This document shows positions 1 through 10,099 of a DNA stretch of 64,000 nucleotides, piece after piece (the stretch's first letter is position 1; the number at the start of each line of letters is the position of its first letter). The notes beneath the pieces are model-generated. The model ran no database searches and was not told the origin of the DNA. It was given only the letters and a program-made list of their open reading frames with translations. The position numbers and the translations under genes were made by a program. Source of the stretch: a virus; IMG/VR virus record IMGVR_UViG_3300043775_001731. One strand, given 5' to 3'.

Positions 1-173
1 CTACCCACCCTGCTGACGGGAAGAATTCCGCTAGTAAATAATATAGGGTAGCCACTGGGAGTGTCAAATGTAATAAAGTTATCAGAAGATTTTATCTCTA
101 TGATAATATCATGATCTTTGAGAACATCAAGATTAACTACATTTTCAGTAACTTCTATAGTGTAGTTGCTCAT
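1..173 (-). CDS. partial hypothetical protein (MSNYTIEVTENVVNLDV...), runs off window
   Basis: ATG at 173 directly after the stop of the 174..569 gene; frame open to the window edge. Confidence 0.6.
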   Translation of the reverse strand, partial: MSNYTIEVTENVVNLDVLKDHDIIIEIKSSDNFITFDTPSGYPILFTSGILPVSRVG

Positions 174-569
174 TTAGCACTCCATTTGGGTAGAATTTTT
201 GCTATTTCTTTTTATGATTGTTATAAGGCCAAATAATACTCTTGTAGTATACCGACCGCCGTTAGTATAGAAGATATCATTTGATTCTAACTCAAAATCA
301 TATTTTGCTGTTTTGAATGCAAAGTTATTAGTAGTAGAAGCTGGTAACATAAGAGTTATCTTACCATTGACTCCATCTATAGACATTTGGTAGTCTGAAT
401 TAGAATTTCCAGAAGTGTAAGTTATTGTTTGATTATCACTGGTCGTAATTAAAATCCTAGCGCACCAATCAGTAATATTAATTGCTGTGCCTGCATTATT
501 TTTATAAATGAATGTCAAGTTATAAGAAGAACCCTGTTCAACATCAAAATCATATTTTGCAGCTGCCAT
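174..569 (-). CDS. putative virion structural protein (beta-rich)
   Basis: 131-aa ORF downstream of portal; beta-strand-rich pattern (YDFDVEQGSSY...YDFELES). Confidence 0.5.
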   Translation of the reverse strand: MAAAKYDFDVEQGSSYNLTFIYKNNAGTAINITDWCARILITTSDNQTITYTSGNSNSDYQMSIDGVNGKITLMLPASTTNNFAFKTAKYDFELESNDIFYTNGGRYTTRVLFGLITIIKRNSKNSTQMEC

Positions 570-570
570 T

Positions 571-2664
571 TTATTCTTCCATTTCTGCTAATTGTGATTG
601 GATATATAAACTTATAACGCGCATTCTGTATTTGTCTATATTCATTGACTCTGGATTAATGCTTTCTTCTTGTAGAACGCTGGCAAACGCTGTAGGAGTT
701 TTTCTATTTTCACTAAGTATATCTCTTATTGAAGTAGCATTTACCTCAGACATAATGTCTAGATTAGTAAGAACATCTACTTTAAATTTTTCAAGTTCTT
801 TTACTTCTGACTTTGTTAGCTGCCTTAAGTTCTTCTTAGACTTAGAATTTAAATATGCATTAGTAAGAACGTCTGAAATTTCTTTCCAGCTTTCTTCTGC
901 CCAATATACAAACTCAGCTACTCCCGGTTTCTTTTTTGGAGTTGCCACCCTTTGTTTTCTTGGTCCGGTATCTTGCTTAAAAAGCGGTCGCCCATTTGGA
1001 TTACTAGGTTTAGGGGCATTTGGAAGACCACCACCGGGTGCTGGTGGTTTTGGCATCAATATATCTTTTGGTACACTTGTTTTTAAACCAACGTCTTGTG
1101 GATTTACTTTTCCTGACTGTAAGGCAATCTTTTCCAAATCCATTTTATGATTAGCGTTATGGAATGGTCCAGCTTTATCTGGAGTATCTTCGCCCTGCCT
1201 CTCATCAAATTCTCTTTGTAGTCTAATCTTTTCGATCTGAGGAATCTCCTTAAATCTTTCAAGAACAGTTTCTTGACTTATAATATCTCTATCCACAAGT
1301 TGTAATAGAAGAGCTTTCTCTGCGGCTTCATCAGATAAGGTCATTTGATCAAACTGAATATAGGCTTTGTATCTAAAACCCATAGCCTGTCTAACCATTT
1401 CAATTTCTTTTTCCCAAAATCTAGTTAACTGATCTCTACCATACTGAAGTCTTTCTACTAGAGTTTTGAGCGAAATGAAGTTATTAGTAAAGCCGCCACC
1501 GCCAGTAGCCATACCAGTTAATGTTGGAGGAACACCCAACCCAGCATATATACTATTGAGTACCGAAGTATATTTTTCAGAACCAAGGAATTTGTATACT
1601 TCGCTGCTAGATTCTTTGAAGGATAGTTCTGGCCCCCAAACTAGTTCCATCGTGCCGCCACCAACATTACTGGCTAGAATATCTCGCAACTTGTTAATAG
1701 CTGTTTTGTTTGGTAAAATTTTATGTTCAAGATTGCCAAGTGTCCATAAACGAATATTAGAAATAGCACCATCCAAAGCGGACATATCTGCTAATCTCAT
1801 TTTTTCTAACATAATAATATCATCTAAGATAGCATAGATCATGGGATTTGCCCACATCTGCCAATCATCTTTCTTATAGTGAAAAACGCAAAGTCTTTCT
1901 GAATCAAGTGGGATTCTTTTTTCTTTGTTTAGCAATGCCTTCTTAATATCAGTTGGCAAGCTATCAAGAACATCGTTGGGAAGTGAGCCTGACTGAAAAG
2001 TATCTAAGAATGTTCCAGCACTCAAGGTATAATTTGAGATACCCATGAACAGTGCTAACTTACCATCTTTTAACTCTACACTAAGAGGACTAAAGAAGTT
2101 ATATCTCCAAGGAATCTGATTCTGCTTAATGTTTGGAGTTTCAACCTTAATATCCTTTGCTAGAGACTTCATGTACTTTTCAAGCTCTGGAGTCACATTG
2201 GCATAACTGCGATACATAATCACATTGCCAGTTTTATAAAGATTATTTAAGAATCTTTCTGATCTTTCTTTCCCATTTACACTCTTAAACCATTGCTGGT
2301 AAAATTTTTCAACTGTTTTATTAGGGTGTACAATGCTTATACCCTGACTGCCAAAGTCACCCATCAAGTCAATAATATTTCGTATAATGCCAACTTTATC
2401 GTAAGCGTCCATACACATCTTAATAATGCGTCGTTGTTGAGTGGGTACAGACTCGGTTTGTCTAAATGCGTAATAATCAAGTTTATTAAAACCGGGTCTT
2501 ACTGACCTATTTGGCTCAATGTCTATAAAGGTTCTATAAGCATCGCTACCAGTAGATTTATTTAAGCCAGAATAAGAGTTGATATTGTCGGACAACCTCT
2601 CCATAGCATTAGATTTGCTAGAAAAATTGTCATCTGACCAAGTTATCATGTCTTCTTCACTCAT
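571..2664 (-). CDS. portal protein
   Basis: 697 aa, immediately downstream of TerL; helical with a Pro/Gly-rich C-terminal tail; call based on synteny and size. Confidence 0.75.
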   Translation of the reverse strand: MSEEDMITWSDDNFSSKSNAMERLSDNINSYSGLNKSTGSDAYRTFIDIEPNRSVRPGFNKLDYYAFRQTESVPTQQRRIIKMCMDAYDKVGIIRNIIDLMGDFGSQGISIVHPNKTVEKFYQQWFKSVNGKERSERFLNNLYKTGNVIMYRSYANVTPELEKYMKSLAKDIKVETPNIKQNQIPWRYNFFSPLSVELKDGKLALFMGISNYTLSAGTFLDTFQSGSLPNDVLDSLPTDIKKALLNKEKRIPLDSERLCVFHYKKDDWQMWANPMIYAILDDIIMLEKMRLADMSALDGAISNIRLWTLGNLEHKILPNKTAINKLRDILASNVGGGTMELVWGPELSFKESSSEVYKFLGSEKYTSVLNSIYAGLGVPPTLTGMATGGGGFTNNFISLKTLVERLQYGRDQLTRFWEKEIEMVRQAMGFRYKAYIQFDQMTLSDEAAEKALLLQLVDRDIISQETVLERFKEIPQIEKIRLQREFDERQGEDTPDKAGPFHNANHKMDLEKIALQSGKVNPQDVGLKTSVPKDILMPKPPAPGGGLPNAPKPSNPNGRPLFKQDTGPRKQRVATPKKKPGVAEFVYWAEESWKEISDVLTNAYLNSKSKKNLRQLTKSEVKELEKFKVDVLTNLDIMSEVNATSIRDILSENRKTPTAFASVLQEESINPESMNIDKYRMRVISLYIQSQLAEMEE

Positions 2665-2703
2665 AATTTTTCCTTAATTGGAATGTAATCGGAATGCTAC
2701 TTT

Positions 2704-4692
2704 TTAATACACATCTTTCATGTTATCAGAGAACCAACTGGGGCCAATATATAGCTTTTCGTCTTCTTTTGCTGGAACATGACCACCAGTAGCAAAACCG
2801 CCATAAAACTGATAGGTTTCTGGGGTTGGAGTCCTGTGTATTATTCTACCAGCCATATTAGCCATTAAGAGTGCAGAATATCTATCTTTTCTCATTTTAC
2901 TTTTTCTACCAGTTCCAACTATAACCTCTGGAGTGTCCCACCTGTCTCTACCATTAGATGTTTGGGTCATCTGGATCATAGATAATTCATCCTTAAGTTC
3001 TTCTATATCCATGACGCACTCTTCTAAAGTGTCAAACATTCTGCTTTTTAAACCATCTTCAGAATTTGACAATCCAAGTGTTATAGAGTCAAAGAATGGA
3101 AATAACAGAACCTTATCTTCAAAATCTTTTCTCATACCGTGATTAGCTTCTGCTAACCAATCATATCTGGCAAATTGACACATTTCTAATATGTGCAACC
3201 CTCTTTCTCCGTCTGTATCTTTGGGTTTATCGTCATCAATTGTAGGCCAGATAGGCATTTCATCATCTTTAATTTTATCTTTATCGTGTAGTGATTCCAT
3301 AATTGCAACACCGCCACCTTGAGCATCCATAGCAATATGAACACATGGGAAGAGTCTCATCAAATCTCTAATTTTTCTCGCACAATATGCATAGAAATCT
3401 GACTCTTTAGCATATCCCTTCTTCACTTTTTCTTTGTGTTCTTGCCTCGTTGTGGTCCAGCAATGAACTATTTTTCTATGATCTCCACTAATTTCTAGAA
3501 CTACAATACTAAAATTGTCTACTTCAGATGCGGGGTCAACGCCAAAAACATATCTTTTATTTGTATCGCCAATTAGACAAGCTTCAAACTTTATAATGTC
3601 ACCTCTAGAGTCCATGACAGGGTTATCATTACTACCAACAACACACGACTCTATTAATGATCTTTTGAAGAACCCCTGACTGTCTCTAGTAAAGCAAGCC
3701 CCGTATTCCATCTGATATATACCAGCGTGTACTGTAGCCTTAGACCTTGCTACTTGATCAGCGTCCATGAAACCCACTGGCAATAGTTCGTATGGCATTC
3801 TTATTATAGAATATTGACGCCAATCAAAAGTATCTGGGGGTTGTTCTCCACCAAATACTTCAGTCAGTTTAGCTCTATTACCACGGCTTTTTATAATAGC
3901 CTTCCACTTTTTCCAATATGTAGCAAAATGATTAAAATCATAATAAGCAGTACCAGAAAGAATAATTTGATTATCTTTTATCTCTGTATTCTCTTCTTCA
4001 GTTTCTATTTCTATTCCAAGCTCTGCCGCCTTCTTTTTTGCGGATATTCTCTTAACATTTTGCACAGGATCAGCACTAACAGCAGCAAAGCCCGCGACTA
4101 CATTTTCAAATATATCCCTAGGAATAGAAGCAAACTCGTCTGCAATAATATCATTAGCACGTTGACCTCTAATCTTTTGACCGTCACCTAGTGGTAAACA
4201 TGTTATAACGCTTTCATTAATTCTCATTGTACATCTATCAACATCTCGCGTTGGGCCGCTATTCCCATCGCACATATCTCTTAACATGGGAGCATTACGC
4301 CATATAGTTTCCATGTATTCAAACAAAACCTTGGATTGTCTAAATGCAGCACCAACTATAACAATCTTTCGCTTGGGCATTAACATTGCCCTCAATATAG
4401 AATATAACGACAACTGGAATGATTTACCAAGACCTCGACTGCCAACAAGCATTGGGAACTTTCTATTCCAAAGTTCGTTGATAATAAGAGACTGAGATGG
4501 CAGAAGTTGTATATTCAATATCTGGTGGCATAAGAATGGCAAATACTCGGATCTACTCATTAGCCAAGAAAGCTTGAGATGAAAATCATCATCTGATGGA
4601 TTGAGAATAGACATAGGATTAAAAATGTCAGCTTCAATGACATCTAAACCTAGCCAAGCCTCATCTATTATTTTGAGGTTATCTTTTTTCAT
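2704..4692 (-). CDS. terL: terminase large subunit
   Basis: Walker A-like GSRGLGKS, Walker B IIADEFA, RGQRAN motif, QMEYGACF, RNase H-like nuclease FGVDPAS and C-terminal KDRYSAL. Confidence 0.9.
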   Translation of the reverse strand: MKKDNLKIIDEAWLGLDVIEADIFNPMSILNPSDDDFHLKLSWLMSRSEYLPFLCHQILNIQLLPSQSLIINELWNRKFPMLVGSRGLGKSFQLSLYSILRAMLMPKRKIVIVGAAFRQSKVLFEYMETIWRNAPMLRDMCDGNSGPTRDVDRCTMRINESVITCLPLGDGQKIRGQRANDIIADEFASIPRDIFENVVAGFAAVSADPVQNVKRISAKKKAAELGIEIETEEENTEIKDNQIILSGTAYYDFNHFATYWKKWKAIIKSRGNRAKLTEVFGGEQPPDTFDWRQYSIIRMPYELLPVGFMDADQVARSKATVHAGIYQMEYGACFTRDSQGFFKRSLIESCVVGSNDNPVMDSRGDIIKFEACLIGDTNKRYVFGVDPASEVDNFSIVVLEISGDHRKIVHCWTTTRQEHKEKVKKGYAKESDFYAYCARKIRDLMRLFPCVHIAMDAQGGGVAIMESLHDKDKIKDDEMPIWPTIDDDKPKDTDGERGLHILEMCQFARYDWLAEANHGMRKDFEDKVLLFPFFDSITLGLSNSEDGLKSRMFDTLEECVMDIEELKDELSMIQMTQTSNGRDRWDTPEVIVGTGRKSKMRKDRYSALLMANMAGRIIHRTPTPETYQFYGGFATGGHVPAKEDEKLYIGPSWFSDNMKDVY

Positions 4693-5333
4693 TCTGTGAA
4701 ATGCCAGTTTCGTAATATAGAATCAGCGAAACCGTAATAAACAGCTTCCTCTGCACTAAGATACCAATCTCCAGATTTCAGTTTCCTAATTAGATATTGG
4801 CGAACTTGTTTCACGCTTGGCTTCTTTCCAAATTTTTCATAGAAGAACTTGCCCTCGACACATCTTCCAGCATAAATATTAAACATTGTATCCGCAGTTT
4901 TTCTTTCGTAGTCTGCTTGATTCATAGCACTCAAATAATCTGTACCAATAAGAGTTGAGCCATAATGAGACATAAAGTGGGCATTTGGAGTCATATAGCG
5001 ATAATCTGCCGCTTGCATAAAAATACTACTCATAGACTCAGCCTGACCATAAATGATAATTGTCACATATGATCTACACATCTGTATAGCATCATAAATA
5101 GCCATGCCATCTGTCCACTCACCGCCAATACTGTGGCAATGTATAGTAATGTTAGCATTACTTCTCATATCTAATGCCCTTAAGTTTTTAATAAAGGTAT
5201 TAGACATCCTATATTCAACGCCGGGGTTTTGGTTATCTTCAGCGTGATAATGATTGTGAAGGAATATTTCCCTTGTGGCAATATTAGCTCCATAGTCATG
5301 AAAATCTTTCAATAGTTCTGGTTCAGCCATCAT
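4689..5333 (-). CDS. ClpP-like (S14) serine protease, possible prohead protease
   Basis: IHCHSIGG..GMAIYDAI, GQAESMSS (catalytic Ser), FMSHYG, DWYLSAEEAVYYGFADSI. Confidence 0.85.
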   Translation of the reverse strand: MMAEPELLKDFHDYGANIATREIFLHNHYHAEDNQNPGVEYRMSNTFIKNLRALDMRSNANITIHCHSIGGEWTDGMAIYDAIQMCRSYVTIIIYGQAESMSSIFMQAADYRYMTPNAHFMSHYGSTLIGTDYLSAMNQADYERKTADTMFNIYAGRCVEGKFFYEKFGKKPSVKQVRQYLIRKLKSGDWYLSAEEAVYYGFADSILRNWHFTE

Positions 5334-5830
5334 TTCTTCCTCCCTATTGTGTACATTTCATTTACTCTTTTTAATATACTACTGACCGCAAGAAAAGCAT
5401 TATATTTATTACCACAAAATAATATTTGAACGTTGTTATATAGCTGAAATTCAAACAAACATTTTAACATATATTTACCAGTAATCTTCAAAGCTCCCTT
5501 GTTCTTAACTGGTATTCTTGTTTCGTCAGGGAACTTGATGAGGTCTTCTAAAGAAAATTCTAAGACAATAAATTTATGAGGAAATGGAGTCATTCGCTCT
5601 ACTTCAGCTAAGAATGCGTGTTTCTTTTGTCCTAGATTAACTGCTAGTTCCTCAACGCAACCCTTTCTTTCTATACATATTTTGTCTTCCATTCCAAGTA
5701 TGGAATAATCACCAGTATCCAGCTTTTGATCTATCATTCCAGCGCAAGTATTGAACTCGCTAAAAAAATAGCCGTCCTGCTCTCTGGTATCTTTTATAAC
5801 AGTGAATGGTGGAGCAACTTTATACGTCAT
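5330..5830 (-). CDS. ERCC4/XPF-domain nuclease
   Basis: DTREQ...GDYS...IERK motifs. Confidence 0.8.
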   Translation of the reverse strand: MTYKVAPPFTVIKDTREQDGYFFSEFNTCAGMIDQKLDTGDYSILGMEDKICIERKGCVEELAVNLGQKKHAFLAEVERMTPFPHKFIVLEFSLEDLIKFPDETRIPVKNKGALKITGKYMLKCLFEFQLYNNVQILFCGNKYNAFLAVSSILKRVNEMYTIGRKK

Positions 5831-6080
5831 CGACTATAATCCTAAATAATGATTCGTATTGGTGTTCATAACCCTTTATTGAGTCATGGCACTTTCTACA
5901 TAATGTTATACCATTTGAAACGTCATATCTTAATGCACTAGCTCTAGACCACTTTTTAATATGGTGTACTTGTAAAGACAGTTTTTTTCCGCATCCCGGC
6001 ATCATACACTTTCTCTTATCTCTATTTAATACAGATTTTCTGAAGCTTTCGTAGGCTGGATCGTCATAGTTTCTTTTCAT
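5820..6080 (-). CDS. small HNH endonuclease (possible terminase-associated)
   Basis: RD..CMMPGC...VHHI...NGITLCRKCH. Confidence 0.85.
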   Translation of the reverse strand: MKRNYDDPAYESFRKSVLNRDKRKCMMPGCGKKLSLQVHHIKKWSRASALRYDVSNGITLCRKCHDSIKGYEHQYESLFRIIVDDV

Positions 6081-6325
6081 AATTCGTATATTTTATCTAT
6101 TCTGGATTTTCTTCTAATTTCTATACAAGCTATTCTCATCTCTATTGAGGGATTTTGCTTCATGATAATTTTTATGAGATCGTTTAAAACTACAAAACAC
6201 GCATCGTCTGGGTCATCTGCATTTACGAATATAGTAGGAAATGGACTATTATATGATTTAAGAAATAAATGTCTTATTCTGCTAAACACATTTGATATGT
6301 CGAGCATTATTCTGTAAGTTTTCAT
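6077..6325 (-). CDS. hypothetical protein
   Basis: 82-aa ORF overlapping its neighbours in the operon. Confidence 0.55.
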   Translation of the reverse strand: MKTYRIMLDISNVFSRIRHLFLKSYNSPFPTIFVNADDPDDACFVVLNDLIKIIMKQNPSIEMRIACIEIRRKSRIDKIYEL

Positions 6326-7373
6326 TAATTTTCTCTTCTATCATAAGCTTAATAAGACTATTTAAGTCATATTTTGGTTTCCATCCCAGTTTAGCTCTGG
6401 CCTTAGTTGATCTGCCTCTTAAGTAATCTACCTCTGCCGGTCTGTAGAATTTAGGATCTATTCCAACATAATTACTCCAATCATAAATACCAAAATAGCC
6501 AAAAGCGGCATCTAATAAGTCACGAATAGAATAGGTATTTTCTGTACATATAACGTAATCATCTGGTTCATCTTGCTGTAACATTAGCCACATAGCTTCT
6601 ACGTAATCTCCAGCATATCCCCAATCTCTATAAGCGTCCAAATTACCTAACATCAACTTAGGAAAGGTCACATCATTATATACAATATCATTATCTAAAG
6701 ATTGAAGGTATTGCATATCAGTAATATTAGTATCATGTATCCAATCTATGAAAGAAGCTACCCAGTTCACTACTTTTTTAGTAACGAAGTTATCTCCGCG
6801 CCTTGGACCTTCGTGGTTAAATAGTATGCCACAACTACCGTGTATTCCGTAAGCCTGACGATATAAACCAACGGCGTAATGGGAAGCACACTTTGCTACA
6901 GCGTATGGGGATTGGGGTAAAAATCTAGTATTTTCATCTTGGTATTTTGTACCATCCCTGTCAATATCGTAAGCTTTACCAAACATCTCGCTGGAGGAGG
7001 CTTGATAAAACCTACTGCCCAACATCTCCAAATCTACCATAGTCTGCAATATATTTAAGCACCCTTTGCCAGTTATATCCCAAGTCAGGGAAGGCTGAGT
7101 GAATGAGGTTCCCACATGAGATTGAGCGGCGAGGTTGTAGACTTCATCTACATGTTCGTTATTACGAAGAATATTTAAAACACTACTAGAATCGGTTATG
7201 TCCCCCTCGACTAGACTGAACCTAGAATGATTCAATATATGCTTTATTCTTTGGGTATTATCTACACTAGAGCGTCGAGTAACCCCGATTACATCGTACC
7301 CCTTATCTAATAATAGATCTGCTAGGTGACTACCATCTTGTCCCGTTATTCCAAATATTATTGATTTTTTCAT
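6282..7373 (-). CDS. gmd: GDP-mannose 4,6-dehydratase
   Basis: GITGQDGS, YNLAAQSHV, YQASSSEMFG, SPYAVAK, GILFNHE, LGNLDAYRDWG, RPAEVDYLRG. Confidence 0.95.
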   Translation of the reverse strand: MKKSIIFGITGQDGSHLADLLLDKGYDVIGVTRRSSVDNTQRIKHILNHSRFSLVEGDITDSSSVLNILRNNEHVDEVYNLAAQSHVGTSFTQPSLTWDITGKGCLNILQTMVDLEMLGSRFYQASSSEMFGKAYDIDRDGTKYQDENTRFLPQSPYAVAKCASHYAVGLYRQAYGIHGSCGILFNHEGPRRGDNFVTKKVVNWVASFIDWIHDTNITDMQYLQSLDNDIVYNDVTFPKLMLGNLDAYRDWGYAGDYVEAMWLMLQQDEPDDYVICTENTYSIRDLLDAAFGYFGIYDWSNYVGIDPKFYRPAEVDYLRGRSTKARAKLGWKPKYDLNSLIKLMIEEKINENLQNNARHIKCV

Positions 7374-7382
7374 AAATTTTCC

Positions 7383-8159
7383 TTATAATTTAATCCAGTT
7401 ATTCGGCACTATATCTACATCGCAAAAGTATCCTTCACCAAACCATTTAGATGGAGCTATGACTGTTTTATTTTTGTTCTTGTTAAGCCAAGCTCCCCAC
7501 CAAGAAAAAGATGAATTAGCTATGATATTATGTTCGCATAAAGACATTAACCACATATCTTCTATATTATCATTATTTTCAACAAAAATCATATTTTTAA
7601 ATTTTAAGCTTTGTTTACACCAATCTATATCATCTGAAAATACAAGTATATTTTTATATTTGACTAGGCTTAAAGCTTCTTCATAATAACTTATAGATTG
7701 TACAGGATGAATAGTACTAAGTGCTAAATAATCCGTCCTTCTAATATGTATTGATACTGAATTACTAACTGGATAAGCAGATAATAATTTATTTTTTATA
7801 GACTCTGTTGGTTCTAAATTATCTCTAATTGTATTTTCTATATCTATAAAATATTTTTCAGATTGCCAATACCCTCCTAAATAATAATTATGACTAGGAT
7901 CGTAATAAATTTTATTGTAATAAAAATTATCATAGATAATAATGATGTCTTGAGGTGTGCTGGAAGGATATTCTATTAAATCGTAAGATATATTAGGAAA
8001 TTTATTTAAAGAAAATGATCTAAGAGTCGCACCACATTCTCTATCATAGAATGAGGCATCTAAATAAAATGGTGTATCGTAAATTTTAGAAAGACACTTA
8101 CCATAAGCCCATTGAAATATTTGATTTCCTAAACCTCCCATTACTTGCATGATTATCAT
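7383..8159 (-). CDS. alpha-1,2-fucosyltransferase (GT11)
   Basis: GGLGNQIFQ, GYWQSEKYF, HIRRTDY, ANSSFSWWGAWL; start placed at ATG 8159, overlapping the upstream stop. Confidence 0.9.
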   Translation of the reverse strand: MIIMQVMGGLGNQIFQWAYGKCLSKIYDTPFYLDASFYDRECGATLRSFSLNKFPNISYDLIEYPSSTPQDIIIIYDNFYYNKIYYDPSHNYYLGGYWQSEKYFIDIENTIRDNLEPTESIKNKLLSAYPVSNSVSIHIRRTDYLALSTIHPVQSISYYEEALSLVKYKNILVFSDDIDWCKQSLKFKNMIFVENNDNIEDMWLMSLCEHNIIANSSFSWWGAWLNKNKNKTVIAPSKWFGEGYFCDVDIVPNNWIKL

Positions 8160-8842
8160 TTCATAGCTCCTACGGGAAGTAGTTTCCAATAATCCTCTTT
8201 CCAATTCGGGATTATAGTTTTATGACCCTCTTCTTGTGGAAAATGATTTGATAGATTATTATATAATTCTTGAGTAGGGATTATACCATATCCGCTAATA
8301 TGAAATGTACTCATACCCCACCTGTATATCATTGATATAAAATCATAAGCAAAAATTTTAGCTTCACATTCACCGAATAGATATACATCCTCATCAATGC
8401 TTCTATGGGGATGGGATATATTTAAATAGTGTGTTTTACGAAATATATTTCCATTATTAATACTATCAGATATGAGTTCAAATTTATTGTTTACAAAATG
8501 ATAATGATTTTTGGATCTATATAAATCATAACCCGGATTATTTTTTATTTCTTTTGAGCAACTGACTAAGGCATTAGGGGTTAATAAATCATCATCGTCT
8601 AGTCTATAGATATATTCATTTGAGGCGTGTTTAAAACCTATCATTAATTTTTCTAATATACAACTAGTTCTATTTTCTAGATTAATAATTTTAATATTTG
8701 GATGATTAATTGTGTACGTTAAATTGTGTTTATCATTTACAATTATCATCTCAAAACTAGGATCATCTTGCAGTAAAAAAGAATTAACAGCTTCTTCAAG
8801 CAAATTTGTCCTACTATATGTTAGTGTGACAACGCTAATCAT
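8156..8842 (-). CDS. glycosyltransferase family 2
   Basis: ISVVTLTYSR..LEEAVNSFLLQ, EMIIVND, RLDDDD (DxD). Confidence 0.85.
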   Translation of the reverse strand: MISVVTLTYSRTNLLEEAVNSFLLQDDPSFEMIIVNDKHNLTYTINHPNIKIINLENRTSCILEKLMIGFKHASNEYIYRLDDDDLLTPNALVSCSKEIKNNPGYDLYRSKNHYHFVNNKFELISDSINNGNIFRKTHYLNISHPHRSIDEDVYLFGECEAKIFAYDFISMIYRWGMSTFHISGYGIIPTQELYNNLSNHFPQEEGHKTIIPNWKEDYWKLLPVGAMK

Positions 8843-9627
8843 TCTATCACCGTGTCTGGCGTTAAGAATGGCTGATCAATCTGTCCGTCCTCATATTGAT
8901 GGAACTGACTTAAACGCTCTTTCTCCTTAAGCATAGCAAGCCTCATCTTCTCCATTTCGATCCCATATCGCTTTAGAGTTTCGGGGTCTTGCATAAGGTG
9001 AGCAACCCAAGAAGTAAAGCTTTGTTTACTATCCTCAAGACGTTTGATTCTCTGTTCTCTGGTTCCTTTCATCTCACGCAACATGCTAGCCTTTTTGCTT
9101 TGGAGTTCTCGGTAGTCCCTATTAAGGGCTTCTTGCGAAGCCCGTAAGGAAGCTAGTTGACGTTCTAGATTTAAAACGTAGTCATGGTCACGTTGATCCT
9201 TATCCACGGCCCGCTCATCTGCTAACATTTTTTCTAAAGTGGTCATCTCATTAAGGTTATCTTTATTACTCTTTAAGCAGCGGTTCATAAGTATTTCTAG
9301 CTTAATAACATCTACTACCTGTAGTTCTTCTGTTGGAAAAACGTCATCTTTGAACTGTGAAATTATGCGCGACCAGTGATACTTAAAAAGCTCTAGTTCT
9401 GAAGGAGTAAACTGGTTCTCTAATTCAATCCAATAGGGGCGATCTTCTAGAGAGTATGCGGCGGCTTCTTCGTTTGATAATCCAACCTTGAACTTGCGCT
9501 TAACAAAGTTGTCAATGGATTCAACGTCACGGTCGAGTTGTTTGGCGATATCTTCTATGGTTAAGCTATTAATTAGCCTGCCGATTGTTCGCTCCTCGTC
9601 TTTAGAGATTCTACCCTTCTTCATCAA
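8839..9627 (-). CDS. HTH + coiled-coil protein, candidate terminase small subunit
   Basis: N-terminal TIEDIAKQLDRDVESI (HTH-like) and long coiled coil; lies in the packaging operon. Confidence 0.45.
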   Translation of the reverse strand: MMKKGRISKDEERTIGRLINSLTIEDIAKQLDRDVESIDNFVKRKFKVGLSNEEAAAYSLEDRPYWIELENQFTPSELELFKYHWSRIISQFKDDVFPTEELQVVDVIKLEILMNRCLKSNKDNLNEMTTLEKMLADERAVDKDQRDHDYVLNLERQLASLRASQEALNRDYRELQSKKASMLREMKGTREQRIKRLEDSKQSFTSWVAHLMQDPETLKRYGIEMEKMRLAMLKEKERLSQFHQYEDGQIDQPFLTPDTVIE

Positions 9628-10099
9628 GCAACTCCTTGATTATTTCAATGATTTCTTCTCTTCTTTTTTTCGGTACGTATACGTCATTAATTATTTTTAG
9701 GTAATCAGATCGGTATTCTGCTGGTAATCTCATATCAATAGTCTTTTGTAGGGCTTGGGCGTCTATTTTGTCATCCTCAACTTTATCTTCATGAGGAACA
9801 TAATCTTCATAAGATAAACTACTGGGTTTTAGGATCTTTTTCTTTTCTTCTTCATCTTTGGTGTAAAAATTATCACGAACGAAGTTTTTAAGTCTATTAG
9901 ATAGGTGAACTGATAAGAAATTCTCCAAGGGGCGACTTGGATCATAGCGGTCCATAGCATCCATGCAAATAATAAAAGCTTCTTGTTTTATATCCTCAAC
10001 CTCATATCCATGAAAAGTATATCGTGATGATATCCTATTAACGACAATGTTAATCTGATCTACCACCTGTTGTTCTGTCATATTTTTAGGTATCTTCAT
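9611..10099 (-). CDS. sigma70-family region-2-like factor
   Basis: EDIKQEAFIICMDAMDRYDPSRPLENFLSVHLSNRLKNFVR resembles sigma region 2; start at ATG 10099, overlapping the upstream TGA. Confidence 0.7.
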   Translation of the reverse strand: MKIPKNMTEQQVVDQINIVVNRISSRYTFHGYEVEDIKQEAFIICMDAMDRYDPSRPLENFLSVHLSNRLKNFVRDNFYTKDEEEKKKILKPSSLSYEDYVPHEDKVEDDKIDAQALQKTIDMRLPAEYRSDYLKIINDVYVPKKRREEIIEIIKELLDEEG

